Shown here: positions 10,072 through 20,610 of the stretch, piece after piece
How positions within the stretch are numbered: position 1 is the stretch's first letter
How the letters are laid out: every line of letters starts with the position of its first letter
The notes under the pieces: model-generated
Told to the model about the DNA's origin: nothing
Databases searched by the model: none
The model's input: the letters and a program-made list of their open reading frames with translations, nothing else
Made by a program: the position numbers and the translations under genes
Source of the DNA: an uncultured Alphaproteobacteria bacterium
GTDB taxonomy: Bacteria; Pseudomonadota; Alphaproteobacteria; RF32; CAG-239
Length of the DNA stretch: 64,000 nt
Assembly: GCA_944391395.1 (NCBI GenBank)
Contig: CALXTI010000002.1
Location: forward strand, 108,163 to 172,162
Direction: 5' to 3'

Positions 10072-12228
10072 ATGGATGAAAATCTAAGTTTATTGGCAGA
10101 AAAACTCGGTATAGACAGATGTTTTTCCGACGCGGGACTCAGCAAGAAAAACTATGAAGTAAGCGATGATGTCGTGAAGTTTTTTTGCACTCAATACGGT
10201 TTTAGCGTCAAAACCCCGGAAGATATTGAGTCTTCGTTGCAAAGAGCAGAAGATTATCCCTGGAAGAGGGCGTTGGATAATATCATTATTTTGCGACAAG
10301 GAAATTTGCAATTTACGGCGGTGTTGGATCAAGCCAGGCTAAACGAGGCAATCGAAATCAGAATTTTTCCGCGTTACGTTGCCGAAAGCGGAATCAAAAC
10401 CGAATCCGTGCCGTTTGTTATGAATGTACTTGAAGAAAAAACCTTGTCCGCCGGACGCAAAAGAGTAAAAGTCAGCTTTACTTTGCAAAAAGACATTGCT
10501 TACGGTTATTATGATTTGGTCTTGGAATGCGGCGATGAAAAACATTTGTCCGTGTTGGCGGTCGCTCCTGCCAAATGTTATACCACTCCCGATGTTGACA
10601 GCGCGAAACTGTGGGGCTTCAGTTTGCAGCTTTATTCCTTAAAAAGCCGACGCAACTGGGGTGTGGGCGATTTTACCGATTTGGCTGATTTTATTTCTTT
10701 GTGCGCTAAAAACGGTGCCGATGTTATCGGGCTTAATCCGTTAAATGTTTTGGCGCATGATTTTCCCGAAGACGCCAGTCCGTATTCTTCCGTCAGTCGG
10801 TTGTTTTTAAATCCGATTTATATTGATGTGGAAAATGTTCCGGGTTTCGATATTATCTGCGACAGATTTTTGCAGCAGGAAATTGAGGCGGCCAAAGTCG
10901 GAGAATTGATTGATTATACCAAAGTTTATGAACTTAAAATAAAAGTTCTGGAAAAATTGTTCAACCGTATGCAAAAGTATGGTCAATACTATGACGCGTT
11001 GCAAAAGTTTAAGCAGGAAAAAGGACATGATTTGGATATGCTTGCAACGTATCAGGCTTTATGTCATGTTCAGCTGAAATCGGCTTCCGGCGGTTGGCAC
11101 ACCTGGGAGAAAAATTTGCAAAATCCGCAATCTTTGAAAGTTGCGGAGTTTAAGAAAAATCATCAGGATTTGATTGAGTTTTTCAAATATTTGCAATTTG
11201 AAGCCGACAGACAATTAAAGAACGTTTATAAAAAAATCCAGGAATCCGGATTGAAGATAGGACTTTATCGTGATTTGCCGGTCGGGGTTGGCAAAGACAG
11301 CGCCGAATTGTGGGCGGATAACTCTGTCTTTATGAAAGGTTCGGGAGCGGGAGCACCGCCCGATGCGTTTTTTCCGCAAGGGCAAAAATGGTGTTTGGGA
11401 GCCTTTAATCCTTATGAGTTGAAAAACAGAGCCTATGAACCGTATTTGAAAATTTTGCGAGCCAATATGGCCTATGCCGGCGCTTTGCGAATCGACCACG
11501 TTATGGGATTGATGCGTTTGTTTATGATTCCTGACGAGCAAAATGAAGGGACATACATCTATTATAACTTTGAAGATATGCTCAATCTCTTAGCGTTGGA
11601 AAGCCATCTGCACAAATGTGTTATCGTCGGCGAAAGCATCGGCAATGTTCCCGAAGGTTTTTTGGATAAAATCGAAGACCGCAACATTTATGCCATCAGC
11701 GTGTTGTGGTCGGAACGTTGGAACGGCGACGGTGATTTCAAGCGTCCGGAAGATTATCCGGCAAATGCGTTTGTTTCTGTCGGAACGCATGATATGTCGC
11801 CTTTGAAAATGTGGTGGTACGGTTATGATATAGAGTTGAAATGTTCATTAAAAATAATCACCGAAGAAGAACGTCAGGGGGCATATAAAATGCGTGAGAG
11901 CGACCGTTATAAACTTTTGTCGGCTTTGGATTTGAGCCAGTCATGGCCGATGGATCGTCCGCGCCGCGGAAATTATCTTTACGGCGAGGGATATCCGGAA
12001 GGCATTGAAGAGGCTGCTCACAAGTTCTTGGCGAAAGCGTCGAGCAAAGTGGTTATGTTGCAGCCGGAAGATATTTTCGGAGTCGATGTGCAACAAAATC
12101 TTCCGGGAACGGATCGTCATCAATATTCCAACTGGCAACATCGTTTGCCGGTCGATTTGGAAGATTTTGAAAATTCCGACGCTTTTCGGCGTAATGTAAA
12201 CGCGGTGAAAAGCGAACGAAAGCTCTAA
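10072..12228 (+). CDS. malQ: 4-alpha-glucanotransferase (amylomaltase, long form)
   Basis: 718 aa; GH77 motifs WGVGDFTDLADF, GLNPL, SPYSSVSRLFLNPIYI, GLYRDLPVG, LRIDHVMGL, VGESIG, GTHDM. Confidence 0.9.
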   Translation: MDENLSLLAEKLGIDRCFSDAGLSKKNYEVSDDVVKFFCTQYGFSVKTPEDIESSLQRAEDYPWKRALDNIIILRQGNLQFTAVLDQARLNEAIEIRIFPRYVAESGIKTESVPFVMNVLEEKTLSAGRKRVKVSFTLQKDIAYGYYDLVLECGDEKHLSVLAVAPAKCYTTPDVDSAKLWGFSLQLYSLKSRRNWGVGDFTDLADFISLCAKNGADVIGLNPLNVLAHDFPEDASPYSSVSRLFLNPIYIDVENVPGFDIICDRFLQQEIEAAKVGELIDYTKVYELKIKVLEKLFNRMQKYGQYYDALQKFKQEKGHDLDMLATYQALCHVQLKSASGGWHTWEKNLQNPQSLKVAEFKKNHQDLIEFFKYLQFEADRQLKNVYKKIQESGLKIGLYRDLPVGVGKDSAELWADNSVFMKGSGAGAPPDAFFPQGQKWCLGAFNPYELKNRAYEPYLKILRANMAYAGALRIDHVMGLMRLFMIPDEQNEGTYIYYNFEDMLNLLALESHLHKCVIVGESIGNVPEGFLDKIEDRNIYAISVLWSERWNGDGDFKRPEDYPANAFVSVGTHDMSPLKMWWYGYDIELKCSLKIITEEERQGAYKMRESDRYKLLSALDLSQSWPMDRPRRGNYLYGEGYPEGIEEAAHKFLAKASSKVVMLQPEDIFGVDVQQNLPGTDRHQYSNWQHRLPVDLEDFENSDAFRRNVNAVKSERKL

Positions 12229-12249
12229 CGGCATATCCGGCAGGTGATA

Positions 12250-12645
12250 ATGAAAATATTTGATACGAAAATTAAAAAAGCTTTATGGATTTCGGCAGTG
12301 GCCGCCGGTGTATGGGGAATTACGGAAATCATTGAAAGCCGGCAAATAACCCAATGCATGCAAAACGCCATGGTGTGGGATTATGATGAAAGCCGTTGTC
12401 GGGAAGATTGCCTGAAATGGGGCGAGGGATTTGGTTGCATTAAATTAACGGCCGAAGAAACGGAACAGATTAAACGTTGTCGGGATGAATTAAACTGTAT
12501 TACCGACGAGATGGTGCGTACCATATGTTTGCGCAACGGAAAAGCCTATAATGAGGACACACGCAACTGCCGCTATACGTTTCAGTCGGAAATGTGTTAC
12601 AAACTTTCGGGTAATTGGACGTATCCGTCAGATTGTGAAAAATAG
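12250..12645 (+). CDS. Cys-rich membrane-anchored/secreted hypothetical protein
   Basis: 131 aa from the ATG at 12250; N-terminal hydrophobic segment ALWISAVAAGVWGI, then 10 Cys in ~100 aa. Starts 22 nt after the malQ stop. No family recognised. Confidence 0.45.
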   Translation: MKIFDTKIKKALWISAVAAGVWGITEIIESRQITQCMQNAMVWDYDESRCREDCLKWGEGFGCIKLTAEETEQIKRCRDELNCITDEMVRTICLRNGKAYNEDTRNCRYTFQSEMCYKLSGNWTYPSDCEK

Positions 12646-12649
12646 TCCG

Positions 12650-13384
12650 TTATTTGCGCCGTAAATGGTTGATAATGCCGTAAAGGGTGTTTAATTCCTG
12701 TTCGGTGAGGCGGCTGCGCGTAAAAATGTTATGAAAATTGCGCAGCAAAGTCGGCCTTTTTTCTTCATCTTTAAAATTTTTGAAATCGGCAAGCGAAGCT
12801 TCCATAAATTCAAAAAATTTAAACAGCTGCCGTTTGGTTGCCGGCTGCGTGGCATTGGTTATAAATTGTTCTTCCGGCGTTTGAGTCTGAGTTTTATACC
12901 ATTCGTATCCGACAAGTAAAACCGCTTGAGACAAGTTTAGCGAACAATGTTCGGGATTGAGCGGTATTTCTATGATGGCATCGGCCAAAGATACATCATC
13001 GTTTTCAAGCCCGGTGCGCTCCGGTCCGAACATAATGCCGCATTTGCCGCTGGTTAATAAAATTTTGTTGATTGAAGGCATGGCGGTTTCTGCCGTGTAA
13101 AGAGTTTTTATCTGATTGCGGCGTCGGGCGGTGGTGGCGTATACCATATTTAAATCAGCCACGGCTGCGGCGGTTGACGGATATATCGTTGCCGTGCGCA
13201 AAATTTTATCGGCACCGGAAGACGCCGATAAAGCCTTGGCGGAAAGACAGTCTTCGCGCGGGGCAACCAAACGCAAGTCGTATAAGGCGCAATTCATCAT
13301 GGCCCGTGCCGTCATGCCGATATTTTCGGCCATTTGCGGGCATACCAAGATGATGACCGGTCGCGATGTTTGAGTTGAGCGCAT
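12650..13384 (-). CDS. trmJ: tRNA (cytidine/uridine-2'-O)-methyltransferase, SpoU/TrmH class
   Basis: 244 aa; VIILVCPQMAENIGMTARAMMNC, FGPERTGL, IPLNPEHCSLNLSQAV and the C-terminal FTRSRLTEQELNTLYGII helix parallel E. coli TrmJ. Confidence 0.85.
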   Translation of the reverse strand: MRSTQTSRPVIILVCPQMAENIGMTARAMMNCALYDLRLVAPREDCLSAKALSASSGADKILRTATIYPSTAAAVADLNMVYATTARRRNQIKTLYTAETAMPSINKILLTSGKCGIMFGPERTGLENDDVSLADAIIEIPLNPEHCSLNLSQAVLLVGYEWYKTQTQTPEEQFITNATQPATKRQLFKFFEFMEASLADFKNFKDEEKRPTLLRNFHNIFTRSRLTEQELNTLYGIINHLRRK

Positions 13385-13386
13385 AA

Positions 13387-14004
13387 TCAGTCGGTTCCCA
13401 AAATATCCATCGTATTGAACAGCAAATTGTTGAAGTCCAAACCGGTATAATCTTCCATGATATTATAAACATTGGAAAACATCAGGCTTAAAGGATCGTC
13501 TCCGGCGTTTGCCGTTACATCCTGAAGGCTTTGTTGCAGCGTGGCTTTGTAATCGGACGGCATGTCTTTGATTTTTTGGTCATATGTGTCCGGAATGTTG
13601 TATCCCATGTTGCGCAGGTGTTCCAACATGACAATCATGTTGTGACGGTTGACTTCAGGAGCAATCATTTCTTGTCCCATGGCGGTTGTGTAGGTTGTGG
13701 CTTCGCCGATATAATTTAATTTGCCGTGTTGGCCGCTGCCGCGCCAGGTGCGGACGCCGCTGCGGTCACGGGCGCGCGCCCACGGATCGACAGGCAATAT
13801 ATCGCCGTTTGTCGGTCCTTGACCGTAAATCGGAGAATCGACGATGTCGCCTCCGGTGCCGTTGCCTATATCTTCACCAAAATAACCGTCGTTAGGTGCC
13901 GGAGGTTGTGGCACCCATGGGTTCGCCGGTAATTGTGCGTGTGCGGATGCGGCGTATAAACCAAGGGCTAAGGTCATTGACAATATTGATGAAACTTTAA
14001 TCAT
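13387..14004 (-). CDS. Secreted hypothetical protein
   Basis: GGAGA-N5-ATG at 14004; signal peptide MIKVSSILSMTLALGLYAASAHA. Pro/Gly-rich N-region, no family recognised. The track start at 14058 lacks an RBS. Confidence 0.5.
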   Translation of the reverse strand: MIKVSSILSMTLALGLYAASAHAQLPANPWVPQPPAPNDGYFGEDIGNGTGGDIVDSPIYGQGPTNGDILPVDPWARARDRSGVRTWRGSGQHGKLNYIGEATTYTTAMGQEMIAPEVNRHNMIVMLEHLRNMGYNIPDTYDQKIKDMPSDYKATLQQSLQDVTANAGDDPLSLMFSNVYNIMEDYTGLDFNNLLFNTMDILGTD

Positions 14005-14097
14005 GGCTTTCTCCATTTTGGCAGCTGCGTTCAACCATATAAAATCATTATACCACAAAAATGATAAAAGAACAGTTACAATATTGTTGCATTTTAT

Positions 14098-14772
14098 TTA
14101 TTTTTTGAGTTCCTTTATTTCTTCTTGCAGTTTTTTTATAATGGCTTGCATTTTTTTAATTTCTTCGGCGACAGGGTCGGGCGCATTTTTATCAACGCCG
14201 TAGGCGTAAAATTCTTTGCTTAATTTGTTTTTTTGTTCGGTTTTGTGCGCCGGCACGCCGACGACGGTTTCGCCTTTGGCGACATTTTTGACCACCACGG
14301 CATTTGAGCCGATTTTGACATTGCCGCCGATTGTTATCGGGCCGAGAATTTGCGCTCCCGAGCCGATGATGACATTGTCGCCGATTGTCGGGTGGCGTTT
14401 GGTCATGACTTTTCCGTTTTTATCAAAAACCGTCGTACCGCCCAAAGTGACCCCGTGATACATGGTGACATTGTTCCCGATTTCGGTCGTCTCGCCAATC
14501 ACGACGCCCATGCCGTGATCAATAAAAAATCCTCTGCCGATAACCGCTCCGGGGTGAATTTCAACACCGGTCAGAAAACGCGCCAGTTGTGAAAAAAAAC
14601 GGGCGGTTAGTTTCCAGTTTTTTTGCCAAAGCCAATGGTTGAATCTGTATAAAACAATGGCGTGAAATCCGGAAGAAAACAGCGCGGCCTGAAAACGCGA
14701 ACTTGTGGCCGGATCACGCGCGATGACCGCATCCAAGTCTTCTAAAATTAGGGGCTTGTTTTTTCTTTTCAT
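14098..14772 (-). CDS. cysE: Serine O-acetyltransferase with C-terminal coiled-coil extension
   Basis: Hexapeptide-repeat core [44 protein letters not shown]...[18 protein letters not shown]. Tail is [22 protein letters not shown]. Confidence 0.9.
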   Translation of the reverse strand: MKRKNKPLILEDLDAVIARDPATSSRFQAALFSSGFHAIVLYRFNHWLWQKNWKLTARFFSQLARFLTGVEIHPGAVIGRGFFIDHGMGVVIGETTEIGNNVTMYHGVTLGGTTVFDKNGKVMTKRHPTIGDNVIIGSGAQILGPITIGGNVKIGSNAVVVKNVAKGETVVGVPAHKTEQKNKLSKEFYAYGVDKNAPDPVAEEIKKMQAIIKKLQEEIKELKK

Positions 14773-14869
14773 TTTATGTATATTCCTTCGGAGAATTAAC
14801 AATTTATTATAAATATACATGTTACTTTAATATCAAAAAGTAAATTAATGATAAAAAAGAGAATTATAC

Positions 14870-15634
14870 ATGGTTGAAGTTTTATTTAACGGTCACGCGG
14901 GTCGTTTGGAAGGACGCTATCACAAAAGTGAGCGTCCGGACGCGCCGGTTGCATTGATTTTGCATCCGCATCCGCAATATGGCGGAACAATGAATAATAA
15001 AGTCGTGTACAGTCTTTTTACTTGTTTTAAGGATTTAGGCTTTTCCGTACTGCGTTTTAATTTCAGAAGCGTCGGGCGCTCTCAGGGACAGTTTGAAGAC
15101 GGTCCGGGCGAGCTTTCGGATGCGACGATTGCTCTGGATTGGCTGCAACACAACAATCCCGACGCACGTCAGTGCTGGATTGCCGGTTATTCTTTCGGCG
15201 CCTGGATAGCTCTGCAACTTTTGATGAGAAGGCCGGATATTAACAATTTTATCGCGGTTTCTCCGCCGGCCAACGAAAAAGATTTTTCGTTTTTGGCTCC
15301 TTGTCCGACTTCGGGGTTGATTGTTCAGGGCGGCGCCGATGAAATTGTCAATCCGCAGCAAGTGACGGTGTTGGCTAAGCGCTTGAACATGCAAAGAAAT
15401 GTGGCCGTCGATTTTGCCATGATTGAAGAGGGCGACCATATGTATAACAATCATCTGGTGGATTTGTATAAAGTAGCGGGAAATTATGTGCTGGATGTTT
15501 TGAGCCGTAAAGCGCCGTCAAAAAAGCGCCGCGGGCGGCGGAAAAAATCCGAATCCGATGAAGAGGCTCTGTTGTTGGAGGCTGATGATACCGCCATGCC
15601 TGACGAAGCAGATGATGAGGATATGCTTTTGTGA
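14870..15634 (+). CDS. Alpha/beta-fold hydrolase with highly charged C-terminal tail
   Basis: 254 aa; nucleophile elbow GYSFG, LILHPHPQYGGTMNNKVV. The tail KKRRGRRKKSESDEEALLLEADDTAMPDEADDEDMLL is basic then acidic. Confidence 0.75.
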   Translation: MVEVLFNGHAGRLEGRYHKSERPDAPVALILHPHPQYGGTMNNKVVYSLFTCFKDLGFSVLRFNFRSVGRSQGQFEDGPGELSDATIALDWLQHNNPDARQCWIAGYSFGAWIALQLLMRRPDINNFIAVSPPANEKDFSFLAPCPTSGLIVQGGADEIVNPQQVTVLAKRLNMQRNVAVDFAMIEEGDHMYNNHLVDLYKVAGNYVLDVLSRKAPSKKRRGRRKKSESDEEALLLEADDTAMPDEADDEDMLL

Positions 15635-16518
15635 TAACGCAAAATGCCGATGATGCTTTGCTTATGCTTGACAACTGTCTGGCACAAGTTTTGCTGAACT
15701 TTGACAAAGAATCACATGATAACGCAGCCGCGCGCGCTTGGCTGATAAAGAAAGGACGTACGCATCCGCATTGCGTGTGGACGCAGATGCGAAATTTGTT
15801 GCAGCAGGCGGAAATTACGGCAGATGTTGAAAAACACGGTGTTGCGCGGGAAAAGTTGGAAGTGATTGCACTTTTGCATGATCTGGGAAGATTGCGTGAA
15901 ATTAATCCCGAGAACGGTAAATTTCAAAAAACACAAGATGTTTGCGCATGCAGCCATGGTGATTTGAGTGCTCAGATGTTGCAAAGATTCGGTGAAGATG
16001 ATTGTGAAATTTTGCTGCCGATTAAGTATCATGATAGGTATAATTGCCATAAAAATCTTTTTGCCGATGCCGATTATCGAAAACTTCCGGATTATGTTCG
16101 CGAACGAGTTTATTTTATGTGGCGGTTGCTGACCGATGCCGATCGGTTGGGAAATTTTTCGGTGTTGGCAAAAGTCGGTTTGCAAGGTACATCGGAATTG
16201 CTCAATCCGAAATTATATTCGTATGCCAAAATCAGTCCCGAAGTACAGCAAGCGGTCATGAATGATAATTTGTTTTCCGACGGTTCGGATTGGCGGCAAA
16301 CGTATGCCGATGTATGGGTTGTCTTTATAGATATGATTGGTTTGCTGCATTTTGATTATAGTCGGAAATTGTTTATCAAAGCATATCTTCCGGCAATGCA
16401 GGACTTCTTGTTGCGGGAATTAAAGCAGGCGCCGGCAACGGACAGCGAACGAGCCGAGGCTTTTGCTTTTTTAGAGCGTTTTTATGAAAAAATAAACAAA
16501 GATTATATCAGGTCTTGA
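15631..16518 (+). CDS. HD-domain phosphohydrolase-like protein
   Basis: 295 aa; IALLHDLGRL ... HGDLSAQML ... IKYHD ... DADRL. GTG start overlaps the upstream TGA (GTGA); an alternative in-frame ATG is at 15664. Confidence 0.65.
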   Translation: MITQNADDALLMLDNCLAQVLLNFDKESHDNAAARAWLIKKGRTHPHCVWTQMRNLLQQAEITADVEKHGVAREKLEVIALLHDLGRLREINPENGKFQKTQDVCACSHGDLSAQMLQRFGEDDCEILLPIKYHDRYNCHKNLFADADYRKLPDYVRERVYFMWRLLTDADRLGNFSVLAKVGLQGTSELLNPKLYSYAKISPEVQQAVMNDNLFSDGSDWRQTYADVWVVFIDMIGLLHFDYSRKLFIKAYLPAMQDFLLRELKQAPATDSERAEAFAFLERFYEKINKDYIRS

Positions 16519-16575
16519 TTTTTCCGGACATTAAAAAACAGCTCCCACGTTTTACGCGGGGGTGCTTTTTGTTAC

Positions 16576-16603
16576 AAAAAAAGCGCCGAAACGGCGCTTT
16601 TTT
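16576..16603. terminator. Bidirectional terminator (HD gene / ftsZ)
   Basis: aaaaaagcgccg-aaa-cggcgctttttt perfect palindrome. Confidence 0.85.
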
Positions 16604-16611
16604 GATGCTTG

Positions 16612-18357
16612 CTATCTTCTTCTTAAGAAAGACGGAATGTCCAGATTGTCAATATCTTCATCATTGGAAGATACCAAGTCTTCCGAATCTTCATTTGAAA
16701 ATCGCGGTGCAACCGGATCGACATATTGTTCTTTGCGATTTTTGCGCGCGCGGGAAATGCCAAGAATTTTATCAATAAAATTCGGCTTATCGTTTATGGG
16801 CTCGGCAATTTCTTCTTTTTCATCGTTTCGGTCCGTAAAGGGCGCGTCTTGTTCAGGAAACAACACCGGTTCTTCTTCAATCGTGCTGACGGAAGTCCGG
16901 CTTGTGAACACGTCTTTATCGTCGGGAATAAAATTTTCCAACTTGTCTTCTTCTTTTGCAGAACTTGCGGAAGATGCGTTTTTGTTAATGATGGCATTAA
17001 ACAAAGCAGATGCCTGTGGTGCTTCGGGAATGGCTTTTGATTTTTCGGCGATATCCAAGTCTTCGAATTTTGAAAAATCAGGGGCGTCGGCGAAATCTTC
17101 AACGATTGTTTCTTCCTCGTTTTGGTCAACGGTTGCGCTTTCCGCGACATTTATAGTGATTGATTTTTCATTGTCGAAATCGTTTTCCAAAATTGCCGAT
17201 GATTGAACATCGGTCGTTTCCGGTTCGCTTTCGGCAAAAGATTGGCTGTTGGCCGAAAATCTTTCAAGATTCGCCTCAACGTCGCCGGATTGCGGAACGG
17301 CAATATCCCGGTCTGTCGCAGGCATGTAGCTTGCATCAATGTATGCTGCGCTGTTGTTTAATTTTTCTTTGACGCGCGACCCCGGACGACCATCGATTCC
17401 GGTTACCACAATCGATACTCTGATTTTTCCGGCCAGAGAATCGTCATAACTTGAACCGAAGATAATATTGGCGTCGTCGTCAACTTCTTCTTTGATAATG
17501 TTGGCGGCTTCGTCAATTTCCAATAATGTGATGTCATTGCCGCCGGTAATGTTGATTAAAACACCTTTGGCGCCTTTCATGGAGCAGTCATCAAGCAGAG
17601 GATTGGAAAGCGCTTGTTCGGCGGCAACTCTGGCGCGATTCTCGCCTTCGGCTTCGCCGGTGCCCATAATGGCTTTTCCTTTATCTTCCATGATGCTTTT
17701 GATGTCGGCAAAATCAAGATTAATCAACCCGGGCATCATCATCAAATCGGTTATGGAACGCACGCCCGAATACAGTACATTATCCGCCATCACAAAGGCA
17801 TCGGCCAGAGTGGTGTTTTTGTCGGCAATGCGAAATAGATTTTGATTGGGAATGATGATAATACTGTCGACTTCTTCGGTAAATTTGGCAACGGCGTCTT
17901 CAGCCGTTTCCATTCTTTTTTTGCCTTCAAAATCAAAAGGTTTGGTGACGACGCCGACAGTCAATATACCTTTTTCTTTGGCTATTTTCGCCACAACCGG
18001 CGCCGCGCCGGAACCGGTGCCGCCGCCCATGCCGGCGGTGATAAAGACCATGTTGGAGCCGTCCAATTCTTTTTCGATTTCTTCCTTCGCTTCTTCGGCA
18101 GCCATTTTGCCGATTTCGGGACGTGCGCCGGCACCTAAACCTTGTGTGATTTCAAGACCGAGTTGTATTTTGCGGCTGGCCGAAGAATGAGCCAAAGCCT
18201 GAGCATCGGTGTTGGCAACGATAAAATCGACTCCTTCCAGATTCTTGGCAATCATATTATTAACGGCGTTTCCGCCGCCGCCGCCGACGCCGATAACGGC
18301 AATCCGGGGTTTTAAATGGCTGATGGTTGTATCTGCTACGGCTAAATTAATGGACAT
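16612..18357 (-). CDS. ftsZ: Cell division GTPase FtsZ (long acidic linker)
   Basis: [33 protein letters not shown] tubulin signature. A ~230-aa Asp/Glu/Ser-rich linker and the C-terminal peptide DIPSFLRRR. Start MSINLAV (GGAG upstream) preferred over 18399. Confidence 0.95.
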   Translation of the reverse strand: MSINLAVADTTISHLKPRIAVIGVGGGGGNAVNNMIAKNLEGVDFIVANTDAQALAHSSASRKIQLGLEITQGLGAGARPEIGKMAAEEAKEEIEKELDGSNMVFITAGMGGGTGSGAAPVVAKIAKEKGILTVGVVTKPFDFEGKKRMETAEDAVAKFTEEVDSIIIIPNQNLFRIADKNTTLADAFVMADNVLYSGVRSITDLMMMPGLINLDFADIKSIMEDKGKAIMGTGEAEGENRARVAAEQALSNPLLDDCSMKGAKGVLINITGGNDITLLEIDEAANIIKEEVDDDANIIFGSSYDDSLAGKIRVSIVVTGIDGRPGSRVKEKLNNSAAYIDASYMPATDRDIAVPQSGDVEANLERFSANSQSFAESEPETTDVQSSAILENDFDNEKSITINVAESATVDQNEEETIVEDFADAPDFSKFEDLDIAEKSKAIPEAPQASALFNAIINKNASSASSAKEEDKLENFIPDDKDVFTSRTSVSTIEEEPVLFPEQDAPFTDRNDEKEEIAEPINDKPNFIDKILGISRARKNRKEQYVDPVAPRFSNEDSEDLVSSNDEDIDNLDIPSFLRRR

Positions 18358-18471
18358 GTTTGTTTCACTCCCATATGATTCTTTTTTCATTACTTGCAAA
18401 GATACAGAAAATAAATTAAGTTTTAGTTACCAAAGTTTATAATCTTTGGTCTTTTCGGCAGGGAACAACGG

Positions 18472-19725
18472 TTAAAAGTTTTGTTTAATCCAACTAAATA
18501 TTTTGTTTAAGCCGCCCATTTCGACCGAAGTGCGTCCGGATGACCTGGCCGGTTTGCGCTCGTTGTAATTAAGGGCAAACAACAACATGCCCAGCGAGGC
18601 GGAAAATGTCGGATTGTATAATACCTTGGGAATGCTCGGGATGTTACGGGGAATGCCCAAACGAACCTGCTTGTCGAGCACCCAGGCAGCCACATCACGG
18701 ATTCCGGGAAGCTGGCTGCTGCCGCCGGTGAGGACAATCCGATGACTGGAAAGGTCTTTTAATCCATGTTCGTTTAGTTTGTGGCCGACCATTTCAAATA
18801 TTTCCTCAACTCGGGGAGAGATTATATTGATTAAATCAGATCTGTGAATTTGGCGAATCGAATTATCGTCTTCTTCGCCGACTGGATAAACGTTAAGGCT
18901 TTCGGTTTCGTCCTGGCTAATCAGGAACGCACAGCCATGGCGATTTTTCAAATCTTCGGCATGGGCAAAAGACGTGGTCAGGCCCCAGGCTATATCGTTG
19001 GTGATGTTGTTTCCGCCAACCGGAATCGTGGAAAAGTGAATGGGAAATCCGTTCTTAAAAGTGGCAATTCCAGTTGTGCCGCCGCCGATATCAATGATGG
19101 TGGCGCCGAGCTCTTTTTCATCGTCTACCAGACAGGCCAAGCCGGATGCATATGCCGAAAACGCGCGTTCGGCAATTTCCAAATGAGCGTTTTCTATCAC
19201 GGCCGACAAATTTTTATAAAGCATGGAAGGGTAAAACCCAAGCAGTATGTCCAAGCTTAAATTTTCACCGTATATTTCCCGGGGGTCTTTTAACGGTTCG
19301 CCTTTATCAATCCGATAACTCGTCGGAAGGCAATGGATTAACTCGTTGTCGGTTAAATTTATTTTTGAGTTGCTTTTATTAATCAGTTTTTCGATATCAG
19401 CATCGCCGACAGGTCTGTTTTTGTGCAAAGACACAGATGCGTTATGCATTAAACTTCGTGTTTTTTCACCGGACACGTTGATTATGACGCGGTTTATTCT
19501 TTCATTGGCCATTTGCTCGGCCGTTTCGACCGCGTTGCATACGGACAATGTGGCTTGATTGATGTCCGTGATAATGCCGTTTTTGATGCCATGAGAAGCG
19601 TTGTAGCCGTGCCCGACAATCTCAATTCTTTTATCGCGGCTTATGTGCGCAATCAGACAACACACCTTGGAAGAACCGATATCCAAGGTAGCCAGTGTCG
19701 ACGGCCGGTTAAAAGAATGATTCAC
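18472..19725 (-). CDS. ftsA: Cell division protein FtsA
   Basis: 417 aa actin-fold; LDIGSSKVCCLIA, IIDIGGGTTGIATF, LTGGSSQLPGI. Confidence 0.95.
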   Translation of the reverse strand: MNHSFNRPSTLATLDIGSSKVCCLIAHISRDKRIEIVGHGYNASHGIKNGIITDINQATLSVCNAVETAEQMANERINRVIINVSGEKTRSLMHNASVSLHKNRPVGDADIEKLINKSNSKINLTDNELIHCLPTSYRIDKGEPLKDPREIYGENLSLDILLGFYPSMLYKNLSAVIENAHLEIAERAFSAYASGLACLVDDEKELGATIIDIGGGTTGIATFKNGFPIHFSTIPVGGNNITNDIAWGLTTSFAHAEDLKNRHGCAFLISQDETESLNVYPVGEEDDNSIRQIHRSDLINIISPRVEEIFEMVGHKLNEHGLKDLSSHRIVLTGGSSQLPGIRDVAAWVLDKQVRLGIPRNIPSIPKVLYNPTFSASLGMLLFALNYNERKPARSSGRTSVEMGGLNKIFSWIKQNF

Positions 19726-19752
19726 TTTTTTCTCCCGTTTGTGTTCGTGGTT

Positions 19753-20607
19753 TTATTTGTCGGAATTTTCCGAATCGTTTATGGTCACACTTATCTTATT
19801 TTGGTATCGTAAGTCGATGATGGTTAATTTACGTTTAAGAAGTCCGTGCCGGGTGTCAATTTTAACAAATTTTTTCCACGCCTGTTCCAAATCGTTTTCG
19901 GGAAGTTTGACGGTGATGCCGTGTTCAATGTCGTCAAAGATAATATCCCAACGACGACCGGCGTGCAAAACGGCGGCTTTTATGCGTTGGTGAAGCTCGG
20001 GAGTCGCAGAGGTTATCTTTAACAGATCGATGATTTTTTCAGGCGCTTTCCGGCCGACAATCACCAATATCGGCTGACGCGGCGTATAATCGGCATCAAT
20101 TATTTTTCCGGAAGTATCTACCGGAAAAAATGAATTTCCGTATTGCCACAAGGCAATCACTTCTTTTTCCCGCAGGCGAATTTGAATAATGTTGGGAAAA
20201 AAGCGGCGGCTTACTTCAGCGTTTTTCACCCAAGGCAATTCCTCCAAAGAGCTTTTGAGACGATGCAAATCTATTTGCAAGATATTGTTGTTGCGGTCAA
20301 GATTGATCTTTTGCCGTAAATCACTTAAACGGGTTTTTTCTCTGCCTTGAATATAGATATCATCGACCGCCCATCCGTGTTCTAAGGAAAAGGCATAAAA
20401 CCCGTCCATCAGCTTGTCAAATTTTTTGTTGACCAAATCGTCCCTGAGAGTGATAAGAACAAGCGCAATTCCGGCAATAACGGAAAGTATCAAAACGTTT
20501 CCGAGAATGCGGTAGGGACATTCAACCGGCAAAGATACGCGATTTTTGCCCTGAAAAGGTTTGTCGCGTTTTTTTTTCGATAAATTTTTAAATAATCCCG
20601 TGAACAT
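19753..20607 (-). CDS. ftsQ: Cell division protein FtsQ (POTRA)
   Basis: 284 aa; N-terminal TM (NVLILSVIAGIALVLI), then a POTRA-like block; position between murB and ftsA. Confidence 0.8.
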   Translation of the reverse strand: MFTGLFKNLSKKKRDKPFQGKNRVSLPVECPYRILGNVLILSVIAGIALVLITLRDDLVNKKFDKLMDGFYAFSLEHGWAVDDIYIQGREKTRLSDLRQKINLDRNNNILQIDLHRLKSSLEELPWVKNAEVSRRFFPNIIQIRLREKEVIALWQYGNSFFPVDTSGKIIDADYTPRQPILVIVGRKAPEKIIDLLKITSATPELHQRIKAAVLHAGRRWDIIFDDIEHGITVKLPENDLEQAWKKFVKIDTRHGLLKRKLTIIDLRYQNKISVTINDSENSDK

Positions 20608-20610
20608 TGC

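Noticed and set aside
16562-17206. 214-aa plus-strand ORF antisense to ftsZ
   Set aside because: It is the Ser-rich, low-complexity mirror of the acidic FtsZ linker (GAA/GAT-rich sense strand). It has no RBS and starts inside the terminator.
20569-20577. A9/T9 homopolymer inside the 5' end of ftsQ as a phase-variation switch
   Set aside because: It encodes a Lys-rich stretch (SKKKRDK) in an essential division gene. The tract is short and shows no other sign of being a contingency locus.
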